DNA of 64,000 nucleotides from an uncultured cyanobacterium (GTDB lineage: Bacteria; Cyanobacteriota; Cyanobacteriia; Cyanobacteriales; Cyanobacteriaceae), in assembly GCA_963710605.1 (NCBI GenBank), contig CAVQBA010000002.1:64001-128000 (forward strand), written 5' to 3'. Positions 20,899 to 32,079 of this stretch are shown here, piece after piece (the stretch's first letter is position 1; each line of letters starts with the position of its first letter). Position numbers and translations under genes: made by a program. The notes below the pieces were generated by a model that was given only the letters and a program-made list of their open reading frames with translations, did no database searches and was not told the origin of the DNA.

Positions 20899-21560
20899 AT
20901 AATTAATTCCTCGATAATAAACTTAAAATAGTTGTAAATAAAGTTATTTGTCCGATCGCATTTTTTTAGTGATCATTAAAAAATAACTATCAAATAATTA
21001 GATTGAAATACTTGTTGTTTAGACAAAAACAATTTAATTAATTTTTGAGTATTTTGACCTCTAGTTTGAAATTAGAGATTGATGTAAATTGTCAATTTAT
21101 TGAGCAACATTCTATTATAGTCATCACTAAACTTAATCTATCTGTGATCAAATTATCAGTTTGAGTAAAAATATATCTAGACTTACTAATTTTACCAACA
21201 CTTAAACTAATAGTCGTAACGCTTTATTTTTTAGTTTCCCATCTGTTGTCGTAAAATGTAAAAATATTTTGCTTAATTATTTTGTGTTTGTCTGATTATT
21301 TTGCGATTGCAATTAAAACGAGGCTCAAAATATATATTCTTGTAGTACAAATAAACAGTTGAGAAGCGAAAACTTACTAATTATGGTTGGATTTAACTAT
21401 CATTAATTAAATTTTATTTTTTCTTCCTGACGAATTAAGCTGATAGGCTCATTTTTCGCAGAGTAAAATTTTGACTGTTTTTTTGTGTAATTATTAAAAT
21501 GTACAATCGATAAATTATTCAACACTAATCTATATTTGTCATTAAAAATTAGCTGAATAA

Positions 21561-22058
21561 TTAACTAGTCATCCACTTAGGGGAAGTTAGTAAAAATAAT
21601 TCACATTCGCCTAACGGATTGTCAAAATTAATTAATTCTAGACCAATGATACCAGCTTTTTTCAGTTTTAATCTGTTTTGTGTTTTTCCCCAAATTAATA
21701 ATTCTGCCCATCTTGTCAAATCTGGCTGATGTCCAACTAAGGCTATCGAAGAATTGTCTGGCGAAAAATTAGCTTGTTGTAACCAATTAATCCATTCTAA
21801 AATATTCCCTTGAGGTTGTAGAGTTGGATATTCAACTAGTTTTTTAGTTAACTCGGCTTGTTTAAGAATGATAGCTGTTTCTTTTGCTCTTCGGTAAGGG
21901 CTTGTCAAAATTAAATCAAAATTGAGATTCAGACTAACTAATTTTCTGGCTATTTTTTGTACTCTGACTATTCCTTTAGTCGTCAACATTCTGTCTGAGT
22001 CTTCTTTATCTACTTGTTTTAATTCTGCAATCCCATGGCGAATCAAATAAATTTTCAT
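21561..22058 (-). CDS. sixA: Phosphohistidine phosphatase SixA
   Basis: LIRHGIA, TSPYRRAKETA, LVGHQPDL. Confidence 0.92.
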   Translation of the reverse strand: MKIYLIRHGIAELKQVDKEDSDRMLTTKGIVRVQKIARKLVSLNLNFDLILTSPYRRAKETAIILKQAELTKKLVEYPTLQPQGNILEWINWLQQANFSPDNSSIALVGHQPDLTRWAELLIWGKTQNRLKLKKAGIIGLELINFDNPLGECELFLLTSPKWMTS

Positions 22059-22276
22059 GTTTTGATAATAAACAATAAATACTATATTAATGGAGAACGC
22101 TTCAAAAGAGTACGAAGGTTTCTAGAGCAACAGAATGCCTACTAATACGAATACAGAATACAGTGAAGATGATAGATAGATAGATAAAAACACAACCCGT
22201 GATAGATTCTTGCACTGTCCGCAATTATTCGAGAAGAATTAAGACGACACCTAATCCCTAATCCTCATGTTCACTG

Positions 22277-23722
22277 TTAACCTAAATTATTTTGAACCGC
22301 CTTAACCAAATAATTAGTCCAATGGTTGACTAAATCTACATTTTGTGCCTCTACCATTACCCGAATTAAAGGCTCTGTACCCGATGCCCTAACCAAAATT
22401 CGACCTTGATCACTCATATCTTTTTGAGCTAAGGAAATTGCTTCTTGAATAGCAGTTGATTCTTGCCAATGTAAACGTTTTTCACGATCGTTAACTGTAA
22501 TATTATGTAAAATTTGTGGGTAAGGCTCAAAGCTATCATCAACTAAAGAAGCCAAATCTTGTCCTTGTTGAGTAACTAAAGCAGTTAATTGTAAAGCAGT
22601 CTGCAAACCATCTCCTGAAAAATGATGATGGTGACAAAGAATATGCCCTGATTGTTCGCCTCCTAACATTGCTCCTGTTTCCCACATCGAAGCTTGTACA
22701 TTTTGATCACCAACGGAGGTACGAATTAATTCACCGCCGAGTTTTTTCCAAGCTAATTCAAAACCTAAATTAGCCATAACAGTACCGATGAGTAAATTAT
22801 TAGGCAGTAATTGCTGTTGTTTTAATGCTTTGCCCCACAGATAAAGAATATAATCACCACAGACTACTCTTCCTTTTGTATCTACTGCCATAACTCGATC
22901 GGCATCTCCATCAAAAGCATAACCCATATCGGCATTATGTTCTGCTACTGCTTTATTTAAAGTTTCTAGGTGAGTTGAACCACAATTGACGTTAATACGA
23001 TCGCCATCTGCTCGATCATGTAAACAAATTACCTCAGCACCTAAAGCCCGAAAGACTTTTGGGGCAAGCTCAACACTAGCACCCCATGCTAAATCAAGAA
23101 CAACTTTCAGACCTTTAAAAGTCGTATTTTCCTGAAAAGCAGACTGTAAAAAATCAGCATAAAACCGAGTTAAGCTATGTTGATTATAAACTTGACCACA
23201 TTTTTGTTCTTGTAAACTAATCTCTCCTGCTACGTATTGACGTAAGGTAGTTTCAATCGCATTTGTGATTGATTTATCTAATTTAGTACCATTACCACTA
23301 AAAAACTTAATTCCGTTGTCTTGCGGTGGATTATGACTAGCTGAAATCATAATAGCACCTAATGCTTCTGTCGTTTTCGCTAGATAAGCTACACAAGGAG
23401 TAGGGCATAAACCCACATTCCAAACTTCAAAACCCATCGAAGTTAACCCAGAAGCGATCGCCATTGCTAACATATCACTGGAATTACGAGAATCTTGACC
23501 GATGATAATAACCTTAGAATCAACAACTAATTTTTGCCAAACCTCTCCTGCGGCTAAACCAACATTTAAAGCTAAATGGGGAGTTAGTAATTCACCTACT
23601 TTTCCTCGAATACCATCAGTACCAAATAGTTGTTTTGGTAAAGTGTATTGACTACTATTAGAATTACCTTCAGTAGAAGCAAAAGAGCTATTTTGTTGAT
23701 TTTCACTCATAAAAGCGACCAT
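22277..23722 (-). CDS. glmM: Phosphoglucosamine mutase
   Basis: [36 protein letters not shown]. Confidence 0.95.
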   Translation of the reverse strand: MVAFMSENQQNSSFASTEGNSNSSQYTLPKQLFGTDGIRGKVGELLTPHLALNVGLAAGEVWQKLVVDSKVIIIGQDSRNSSDMLAMAIASGLTSMGFEVWNVGLCPTPCVAYLAKTTEALGAIMISASHNPPQDNGIKFFSGNGTKLDKSITNAIETTLRQYVAGEISLQEQKCGQVYNQHSLTRFYADFLQSAFQENTTFKGLKVVLDLAWGASVELAPKVFRALGAEVICLHDRADGDRINVNCGSTHLETLNKAVAEHNADMGYAFDGDADRVMAVDTKGRVVCGDYILYLWGKALKQQQLLPNNLLIGTVMANLGFELAWKKLGGELIRTSVGDQNVQASMWETGAMLGGEQSGHILCHHHHFSGDGLQTALQLTALVTQQGQDLASLVDDSFEPYPQILHNITVNDREKRLHWQESTAIQEAISLAQKDMSDQGRILVRASGTEPLIRVMVEAQNVDLVNHWTNYLVKAVQNNLG

Positions 23723-23731
23723 ATTTGTTAT

Positions 23732-23740
23732 TCCTCACAC
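23732..23740 (-). promoter_or_regulatory. Yfr1-complementary site (GTGTGAGGA) at the glmM ribosome-binding site
   Basis: 9-nt complement of the Yfr1 loop motif, 9 nt before the ATG. Confidence 0.6.
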
Positions 23741-24315
23741 AATAAATTATTTATTTTAAAATCGATAGCTAAAAATTGTGAATTAATTCACAAATTCTGA
23801 ATTTAAATGCCGAATCAATTAATCCACACAGAAAAATTATTTTTATTATCTATATTTGTTTGAACTAGATAACTTTTAGCTATCAAAAGTTATACTTTGA
23901 TCGTTAATATTTAATCAACTTCTCAAAAATCGTTTTGATGTTATACTATAAAATAGCCTGTAATTTAGCATTTTATGAGCGATTAACCAAAAAATTATGA
24001 AGCTATCATAGCCTATAATTTACACAATTGCGAAAGTGACACAAGAAAAACATAAAATGCCTTAATAATTATCGGTGAAAACAACAGTAACTATTGTTTA
24101 GAATAAAAGCTAAGCTAGTCAATCGTACTCTAGATATTAGCTTTGTAAGCGTAGGTGGATGTGGATACTTAGCCCAGAAACAAGTTGCTAACTTCTTGAT
24201 TTATCTTAATGTGTAAAGAAGACTCTCACTATAAAGTGAGTTCGAGTAGAGTTACCGAAGGTAAAGGCGGACGTGCCTTCTAGTGGAGAGATGAATTTAC
24301 ACCAACAAAAAAACA

Positions 24316-24344
24316 TTGCTATAGCAATTCCTTCATGCTAGACT
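24316..24344 (+). promoter_or_regulatory. Sigma70-like promoter inside the element
   Basis: TTGCTA-17 bp-TAGACT with an extended -10 TG. Confidence 0.55.
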
Positions 24345-24350
24345 AAATAA

Positions 24351-24554
24351 ATACCGTCAACAGGTATCTACGGGGAGTCCCCCCGAAAGTCACGGTTAAC
24401 CATGAACTGGCATGGTGCTTGGGAACAAGTGGATGTATGACTGTCGTTGGATGGTCAGCAAGTGCAAACCTCGCAAGAGAGTAGGGAGGTAAAGGCAACT
24501 CTACCTAAGAATCCCCCGTTATAGCCCGTAGGGTTTAGTGGCGGGAGTCGTCAA
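24351..24554 (+). ncRNA. TnpB omegaRNA/reRNA-like structured RNA
   Basis: About 200 nt, GC-rich, a series of hairpins ending in the right-end hairpin + TCAA. Confidence 0.6.
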
Positions 24555-24577
24555 TAAAATAAAAAATATAGTCGAAG

Positions 24578-24601
24578 AAGTGGGGAAACCCCGCTTTTTT
24601 T
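24578..24601 (+). promoter_or_regulatory. rimP leader hairpin/attenuator
   Basis: AAGTGGGG-AAA-CCCCGCTT plus T-tract just upstream of rimP, typical of the rimP leader motif. Confidence 0.7.
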
Positions 24602-24630
24602 ATTGCTTATTATTTATCATCTTATTAAAA

Positions 24631-25095
24631 ATGACCAATCCTGTAACAGTATCAATTAAAAAAATAGCCGAGCCAATAGCCAAGCAACTTGAATTAGAAA
24701 TAGTTGATTTAATTTTTCAAACCAATAACAATCCTGCTAACTTGAGAATCGATATTCAAAGTTTTTCAGGAGAGACTAGTCTAGAAAATTGTGAAAAAAT
24801 GAGCCGTTTACTAGAAGAAGCGTTAGATCAAGAAAATGTTATTCCCTGTGCCTACAATCTAGAAGTCTCTAGCCCTGGAATTGGAAATAACCTCACGACA
24901 AACCAAGAATTTGTAAGTTTTAAAGGTTTTCCGATCGTAGTTGAGACTAATACCGTTTTCAAAAAAAAGACTCAATGGCGAGGAACTTTACACGGTAGAG
25001 ATGAAGAATCAGTCTTAGTTAATTCTAAAGGAAAAATAATCAAGATTCCTCGAGAGATTGTTACTAAAGTAGAATTAGAAAACGCCAGTGCTTAA
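24631..25095 (+). CDS. rimP: Ribosome maturation factor RimP
   Basis: CEKMSRLLEEALD, YNLEVSSPG; operon position; ATG at 24631 preferred to GTG at 24538. Confidence 0.93.
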   Translation: MTNPVTVSIKKIAEPIAKQLELEIVDLIFQTNNNPANLRIDIQSFSGETSLENCEKMSRLLEEALDQENVIPCAYNLEVSSPGIGNNLTTNQEFVSFKGFPIVVETNTVFKKKTQWRGTLHGRDEESVLVNSKGKIIKIPREIVTKVELENASA

Positions 25096-25108
25096 CTTAA
25101 TTTAATAA

Positions 25109-25501
25109 CTGTCATTTCAATCACTAGGTAAGAAATTAATATTCATCGAAAAATTTGAGTAATAAACCCACCTCGAATTACTATTTTAGGCTAAGACTCA
25201 TCCGCTACACATAAAGCGACTTGTACTACGATGCCCTCAGTGGTAGTCGAAGTAGGTAAAAAGTAGGCTCAAGTGTTCAATAAATTAAACTATAGCTAAA
25301 TGAATTTATAATTACACTTTTTGCGTTAATGAAAGTCTCCTCTTTGAAGGGGAAAAGCTGTCACCTGAATTCATTTGGCTGTGCTTGTAAGCTTTGTGAG
25401 AAACACGAGGAGTTGGCGAGAGTCTAAGTAATCACAAATTTATTCGGCTATAATACTTTACCCGACCAAAAAAATTAACTCACTTTTATTTGAAATAACC
25501 A
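25109..25501. repeat. Nested repeat/MITE-like insertion between rimP and nusA
   Basis: Outer GTCATTTCAA...TTGAAATAAC; inner ATAGCTAAATGAATT...AATTCATTTGGCTGT inverted repeats. Confidence 0.55.
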
Positions 25502-25597
25502 TTACTGTCAAATGTAGTTTTTTTTATGAGCGTATGAGTTAATCTACGCTATTTTTACACCGTTCAATTATCAACTATTAATTATCAACTATCAATT

Positions 25598-26776
25598 ATG
25601 AGTATTGCTAAATTACCGGGCTTGAAAATATTAATCGAAGAAATTTGTCGAAGTCATAACTTACCACAACCTACGGTAGAAGACGCTTTGAGAGAAGCTC
25701 TTTTTAAAGGATACGAACGTTACCGTCGATCGAAAAGAGCGAGTTTTAGTGAAGAATTTACCCCTGAATATTTTGAGAATGTTAACGTTAAATTAGATTT
25801 GAAAGAAGAAGGATTTCAAATAATCGCAGTTAAAACTGTCAGTGAAAACGTCACCGATGAAGATCATCAAATTGCCCTAGAACAAGTACAAGAAAACGAT
25901 AGCGATATTCCTGTAGGAACAGAATTACTAATCGATGTTACACCAGAAAAAGATGACTTTGGTAGAATGGCGGCAGTACAAACTAAGCAAGTACTGCAAC
26001 AGAAACTTAAAGAACAACAACGGTTGATGATTCAGCAGGAGTTTAACGAATTAGAAGATACAGTACTTTCGGCTAAAGTTCTTCGTTTTGAAAGACAATC
26101 AGTAATTATGACCTTACAGAGTGCTTATGGCAGACCAGAGGTAGAAGCCGAATTACCACGCTATGAACAAATGAATAGTGATAATTACCGTGCTAACGCA
26201 ACTTTTAAAGTTTATCTCAAAAAAGTTAGAGACGGGGCGTACAGAGGACCTCAATTGATTGTCTCCCGTGCTGATGCAGGATTAGTTGTCTATTTATTTG
26301 CGAATGAAGTTCCTGAGATTGAAGAAGAAATAATTGATATTGTAGCGATTTCACGTGAAGCAAACCCTAATATTTCTAAAGATGGCAACAATAAAAGTAA
26401 CTCTAAAATCACGGCTAGAACTAAAATAGCGGTTGATACCACCGAAGAAGAAGTCGATCCTGTAGGAGCTTGTATTGGTGCTAGAGGTTCTCGGATTCAA
26501 GCAGTCGTGAATGAATTAAAAGGCGAAAAAATTGACGTTATTCGTTACGCCGAAGATCCAGCCTCCTATATTGCTAATGCTCTAAGCCCTGCTAAAATTG
26601 ATACCGTAGAATTAATTGATGAAGAAAATAGAGAGTCTTTAGTTATTGTACCTGATAATCAATTTAGTTTAGCGATCGGCACTAAAGGGCAAAATGTTCG
26701 TTTAGCCGCACGTTTGACTGGTTGGAAAATAGACATTAAAACTAAGTCTCAATATTATGATGACCAAGAGGAATAA
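25598..26776 (+). CDS. nusA: Transcription factor NusA
   Basis: FGRMAAVQTKQV, DPVGACIGARGSRIQ, AIGTKGQNVRLAARLTGWKIDI. Confidence 0.97.
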   Translation: MSIAKLPGLKILIEEICRSHNLPQPTVEDALREALFKGYERYRRSKRASFSEEFTPEYFENVNVKLDLKEEGFQIIAVKTVSENVTDEDHQIALEQVQENDSDIPVGTELLIDVTPEKDDFGRMAAVQTKQVLQQKLKEQQRLMIQQEFNELEDTVLSAKVLRFERQSVIMTLQSAYGRPEVEAELPRYEQMNSDNYRANATFKVYLKKVRDGAYRGPQLIVSRADAGLVVYLFANEVPEIEEEIIDIVAISREANPNISKDGNNKSNSKITARTKIAVDTTEEEVDPVGACIGARGSRIQAVVNELKGEKIDVIRYAEDPASYIANALSPAKIDTVELIDEENRESLVIVPDNQFSLAIGTKGQNVRLAARLTGWKIDIKTKSQYYDDQEE

Positions 26777-27014
26777 AATAAAAAACGATCGTCGTTGTCT
26801 TAGTTGTCATAAAATTAAACAAAAAAAAGATTTATTAAGAATTGTGAGAGTGTATCCTGATCATACAATCAATATCGGACAAGGAATGGGACGTTCAGCT
26901 TATATTTGTCCTGAAGAAAACTGTGTTTTGAATGCTCAAAAAAAATTATCACGAGCTTTAAAAACTAAAATACCTGATTGTATATATCAACAACTTTGGC
27001 AAGAATTATCTTGA
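26757..27014 (+). CDS. ylxR: YlxR/DUF448 RNA-binding protein
   Basis: RRCLSC, GRSAYIC; between nusA and infB. Confidence 0.92.
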   Translation: MMTKRNKIKNDRRCLSCHKIKQKKDLLRIVRVYPDHTINIGQGMGRSAYICPEENCVLNAQKKLSRALKTKIPDCIYQQLWQELS

Positions 27015-27137
27015 TCTTAATCAGGATAAATGATCCTAGACTAATAAGAGTGTAAACTATAAAAATAGACAATTATTAATCTGATCAAACCTGAACTTAA
27101 AAGTTATAATATTTAGTAGAAGTAGAGCAATTTGTGA

Positions 27138-30100
27138 ATGAAAAAAGTCAGAATATACGATTTATCAAGGGAACTAAAACGAGAAAACAAAGACATATTA
27201 CAGATATGTTCAGAGTTAAATATTGAGGTAAAAAGCCATAGTAGTAGCGTGACAGAGTCTCAAGCAAAAGAAATTAAACAAGCTGTACAAAAAGATAGTC
27301 CAACAACATCATCTTTGAAAAAACAGCCTCAAAGTAACGGCAGTACAAAAGAAGTAAAAAACAAATCTACATCGAATTTGAAATCTAAAAGTATTAAAAA
27401 ACCAGAAATCCTCGGGGTGTACAAAAATAATTCATCGACTAATAGCGACAGTGCCAATAGTTCTTCTTCGGTCCTGTTTTACTAACACCACCTCGTCCTA
27501 ACTCAGCTAAAATCTCAAGCAATTCTAGCTCTCAAGTTGATAATGGAGAACAAAAACAGACAACAACTGCGAGTATCTCCAGTAACACTCTTCAACAACC
27601 TCCTGCTCGAGATGATTCTAATTCCAATGACAATGACAGCAAAACACAGTCTAGTAGCCTAATCTCAGGGTTAGTCAAACCACAAAGACCGAAAATTAGC
27701 GATCGAAAGTCGAGTAATGGTGATGAATCAGGAGATTCTAGTTCGACAACCGACGCAGTTAAACCTAAAATAAAAATTAACAAAAATAAAGGTAACCAAC
27801 GTCGCCAAAACAATAACCGTCGTTCAGACGATCGAGGTGAAACAACTGATGTAGGTGTAAAAGACACAACTTTGACCACCGAATCTTCTAGTGTAGCAAC
27901 ACCAGATAAACTAACCACCAAAGAAGACAAAGCTGAAGCAGAACCAAAGAAATCAACTCCTAAACTTAAATTACAAAGTCCTCCTCAACGTCCAGTTAAT
28001 AAAAGTAAACAAAATCTAGATATTGATGATGACGATTTAGACGATAAAAATGAACTAAACGACGATGATGATGACGTCGATACCGAAGTTCTTTTACTAG
28101 ACAAACCAACAATTAGAAAACCGAAACAAAAAAAATCCAACGAGGACGGTAAAAGTACTTGGGATGACGAAGAAGAAGAACGTCGTTCAGGAGTTAAAAA
28201 AGATACTAAAAAAGCGAAAAAACGTCGCTCTACTTTAATTGATGAAGATGATGATTTTGAAGATTATGGTGAAAATAATGGACAGGATAATGATGTTGTT
28301 AATTTAGCCTTAGTTCGTCCTTCTCAACCTGTATCTCAAAAACCGAAAAATACCGACAAGAGTCGCCCAGCTAGAAAACCAAAATCTAAACCGACTAAAT
28401 CTGAAGCTAAAACAGAAAGAAAAGTCAAGCCAGAAAAAGAACAATTACCAGAATTTATTGTACTTAAGAAAAATCCAACTATTCGGGAGTTGGCTGATTT
28501 ACTCAATGTGCCTGATACTGATTTAATTAAAACTCTCTTCTTTAAAGGAATTGCAGTTAATATCACCGAAACATTGGATATCGAAATTGCCAAAATCGTT
28601 GCTCAAGAATTAGAAGTGGAAGTAATCACTGAAGAAGAAAAAGCTTCAGCGGCGAAAACACAAATGCTAACAGATAATGATTTAGAAAATCTTGAACATC
28701 GTCCTCCTGTGGTTACTATTATGGGACACGTTGACCATGGTAAAACAACTTTACTTGACTCAATCCGTAATACTAAAGTCGTTCAAGGTGAAGCAGGTGG
28801 TATTACTCAGCATATTGGTGCGTATCATGTTGATGTAGAACATGAAGGTAAAACTCAACAAGTTGTTTTCCTTGATACTCCAGGTCACGAAGCGTTTACC
28901 GCAATGAGAGCAAGAGGAACTAAAGTAACTGATATTGCTATTTTGGTTGTTGCGGCTGATGATGGTGTCAGACCACAAACTAAAGAAGCGATTAGTCATG
29001 CTCGAGCGGCTAAAGTACCGATCGTGGTTGCTATCAACAAAACTGATAAAGCAGGGGCTAACCCAGATAGAGTTATGCAGGAATTATCAGAACTAGAATT
29101 AGTTCCTGAAGACTGGGGTGGTGATACAGTTATGGTTCCAGTTAGTGCTTTAACAGGAGACAATATCCGTACTTTACTCGAAATGATTGTTATTGTTTCT
29201 GAAGTAGAAGAATTATCGGCGAATCCTAATCGTACTGCTAAAGGTACTGTTATTGAAGCTCACTTAGATCGTACCAGAGGTCCAGTAGCGACTTTACTCG
29301 TTCAAAATGGTACATTAAGAGTCGGTGATATGATTGTGGCAGGTTCAGTCTTAGGTCGTATTCGAGCGATGATTGATGATCAAGCCCAAAAAGTAGAAGT
29401 TGCTAGCCCTTCTTTTGCAGTGGAAATACTTGGTTTAAGTGATACTCCTTTAGCCGGTGACGAATTTGAAGTCTATCTCAATGAAAGAGAAGCTAAAACG
29501 ATCGCTCAAAGTCGGACTGAAGTGAAACGAGACACCAGATTAGAACAAGCTATGTCGTCTCGTCGTGTTACCTTAAGTACACTCTCAGCTCAAGCAGAAC
29601 AAGGAGAGTTAAAAGAACTTAACTTGATTATTAAAGGTGATGTTCAAGGTTCAGTCGAAGCTATTTTAGGCTCACTCAAGCAACTACCTCAAAATGAAGT
29701 ACAAATAAGAGTACTACTTGCAGGAGCGGGTGAAGTGACTGAAACAGATGTCGATTTAGCCGCCGCTAGTGGTGCTGTCATTATCGGTTTTAACACAACT
29801 CTAGCATCTGGTTCAAGACAAGCCGCCGAACAAGAAGGTGTAGATATTCGTGAATATAACGTGATTTACAAACTACTTGATGAGATTGAAGGGGCGATGG
29901 AAGGTTTACTCGACCCAGAAGAAATAGAAGAAAGTCTCGGTCAAGCCGAAGTCAGAGCTGTATTCGCTGTGGGTAAAAATGCTGTGGCAGGTTGTTATGT
30001 ACAATCAGGTAAGGTTGTCCGTAATCGCTTTATCAGAGTATTACGCAGAGGAAAAGAAGTTTACAGCGGTAATTTGGACTCTCTACGTCGTGTTAAAGAT

Positions 30101-30226
30101 GATGTTAAAGAAGTTGCCTCAGGTTTTGAGTGCGGTATTGGTGTTAACAAATTTAACAATTGGGAAGAAGGTGATCTTATTGAAGCCTACGAAATGGTAT
30201 TCAAGCGTCGTACTCTTTCAGCATAG
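27138..30226 (+). CDS. infB: Translation initiation factor IF-2; frameshift near 27470, likely a sequence error
   Basis: [12 protein letters not shown]-domain; shifted frame open from about 27473 into 27872..30226; [17 protein letters not shown]. Confidence 0.96.
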
Positions 30227-30271
30227 TTGATTAACTTTGCTTTTACTCAAGACAAAAACGATCGTTATTCA

Positions 30272-30301
30272 AGCTCCCCTAAATTCGTGGGGAGTTTTTT
30301 T
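30272..30301 (+). terminator. Terminator after infB
   Basis: GCTCCCC...GGGGAGT followed by a T-run. Confidence 0.75.
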
Positions 30302-30343
30302 ATTTAATGTTGGCTGTAAGCTAATACACTGTTACATAAAAAA

Positions 30344-30691
30344 TATAGCAACTAGCAGGTGTAGTGTGAACATTATGGTGTCAAAAGCCCTTTGTAAGGG
30401 CAGGGCTGTTTCATTCAAAGGAAGAAGAAAATAGCTAGAAGCTATTACTACATACTCGATCGAGTGATTTGATCACATTGTCTTTTTACTATTAGAAAAA
30501 AACGGCTAAATTTACTGGTATTTCTTGCGTTGTAGAAATTACAAAAATAAGACATAAAACAGCCCTGCTTTGTAAGGGGGGAGATTCGGGGCGTAATTAC
30601 CCTTGATTTTTTGGTAACTGTCTTCCTTAATTGAAGGGTAAGGCACACGACAAAAATCCACAATGTCTTAACCTATTAATTTTCTGCCATA
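30344..30691. repeat. TATAGCA-type MITE-like element hosting a second MITE
   Basis: Ends TATAGCAACT...GAACATT and AATGTCTTAAC...TGCCATA. Confidence 0.6.
30401..30567. mobile_element. 167-bp MITE with CAGGGCTGTTT terminal inverted repeats and an 11-bp target-site duplication
   Basis: TIRs CAGGGCTGTTT/AAACAGCCCTG; CTTTGTAAGGG at 30390-30400 and 30568-30578. Confidence 0.88.
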
Positions 30692-31248
30692 TTCAATTAA
30701 TTTGATGATCGTTCATCGCTATAAATAATGAACGATAACTGAGTTGTTAATAAAAATTAACAGCAAAATTAGCGATTCGTAATTCGATTCAATCAGCAAC
30801 TAAAATAAAAGCTTTTATTTTAGTTATCGTCAACTCAGGACTAGATTTTTATCTTTCAAACTGATTAACAATATATTTTATAATCATTGATTTGGATTGA
30901 AGCTCACACACACCAATGTTACTTTTATGAGGAAGTCTAAATCGAGAAAATTAATAATTATCATCAAGCAACAGACTAATTTGCTTTTTATCTTCACATA
31001 ATCGGTATAGCAGTTAATAATCTTGTTTCAACAACTAAATATCAAATTGAAAAGTTGAAAATAATCTATTAGATTAATAAAGGCATTAGTAACTCGAAAT
31101 ACCAAATTTAATACTTGAAAGGTAAAACGTAACCAATTAATTAACTAGCTTACTGAAAAAAATAGCAACAGAAAAAAGAAGAAAAACTACAATCTAGATT
31201 TCAATCCTGATTACTCAACGATGAAGATAATTGTCAATTGTTGATTGT

Positions 31249-31440
31249 TTAAACTTTTTCTAACCATTCGTAGATTTTATCTAATTGTTCTAAAGTAACT
31301 AATCCATATTGCCATAATGCCATCGGCATTAAACTAAAATTTTGCTCAACAGAACGTTGTGCCATTGCGATCGAATTAGCTGGTAAATCAATTTCTTCTT
31401 GTAAGAATTCAATAAAACGAGTATAGGTAATAGTAGGCAT
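31249..31440 (-). CDS. DUF2949 protein
   Basis: PMALWQYGLVTLEQLDKIYEWLE motif. Confidence 0.85.
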   Translation of the reverse strand: MPTITYTRFIEFLQEEIDLPANSIAMAQRSVEQNFSLMPMALWQYGLVTLEQLDKIYEWLEKV

Positions 31441-32079
31441 AATTTTTTAGAAAACTAATAGATTATCAAGGAAATAGCTGAGCGAAATTTGAAATAACAT
31501 CAGAAGTTAGAGTTGTTTTAAATTCGATATTTATAGTTGTAAATTATTTTCAGGAAAAAAATATCTATCTTTAGTTTGATATTGTAATTCCAACTAATCA
31601 ATATCATCAAGACTTTATTGTAGCCTTGGTTTTTTAGATGAAAGATAAATCAATACTATTTGATTAAGTATTCCTCACTAAGCTTAATTTACTAAATCAT
31701 TTATCGTTAGCGAGCATTTAAAATAGCTAACTTTGTTTATTTTTTGTAGTACTTATTAATATTACTAATAAAAAAATTATAAAAGTGATTTAAAAATTAT
31801 AAAAAGTAAATTTTATTTACTGATCTGAAAAAAGTATTTAATTTAAACTAGCTTTTTTATTAATAGTTATAATTAATAATATATTTATTAAAACTAAATA
31901 TATTGTTTTGATGATCAATAATGATGTGATCATACCAGTTATAATTAAGATAGTAATTATTTACTATCTATTGAGCAAATATCTATAATCTTCAGAAATC
32001 TTTGTTAATCGTCAAACATTTTTGTTTTCGTATTAAACAGTAGATTATACATGATTACTCACAAAACGGAACAATAAAA

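Larger units (their letters stand above)
24211..24554 (+). mobile_element. Non-autonomous IS200/IS605-type element with no ORF
   Basis: Left-end hairpin GTGTAAA...CTCTCACTA...TAGTGGAGAG..TTTACAC; right end GAATCCCCCG...CGGGAG..TCAA. Confidence 0.75.

Noticed and set aside
22090-22270. Coding-like fragment between sixA and glmM
   Set aside because: Only very short open frames with no recognisable motif
24538-24630. N-terminal extension of RimP from GTG 24538
   Set aside because: Runs through the IS right end and the rimP leader hairpin; homology starts at ATG 24631
27460-27490. Programmed frameshift in infB
   Set aside because: No slippery sequence is evident, and many similar indels across the window point to sequencing error
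30237-30663. Short ORFs 30237-30434 and 30448-30663
   Set aside because: They span a terminator and nested MITEs; no protein-like features
30705-30745. Glutamine (glnA-type) riboswitch
   Set aside because: Begins with CGTTCATC but lacks the following CGGAAG and GGAACG elements
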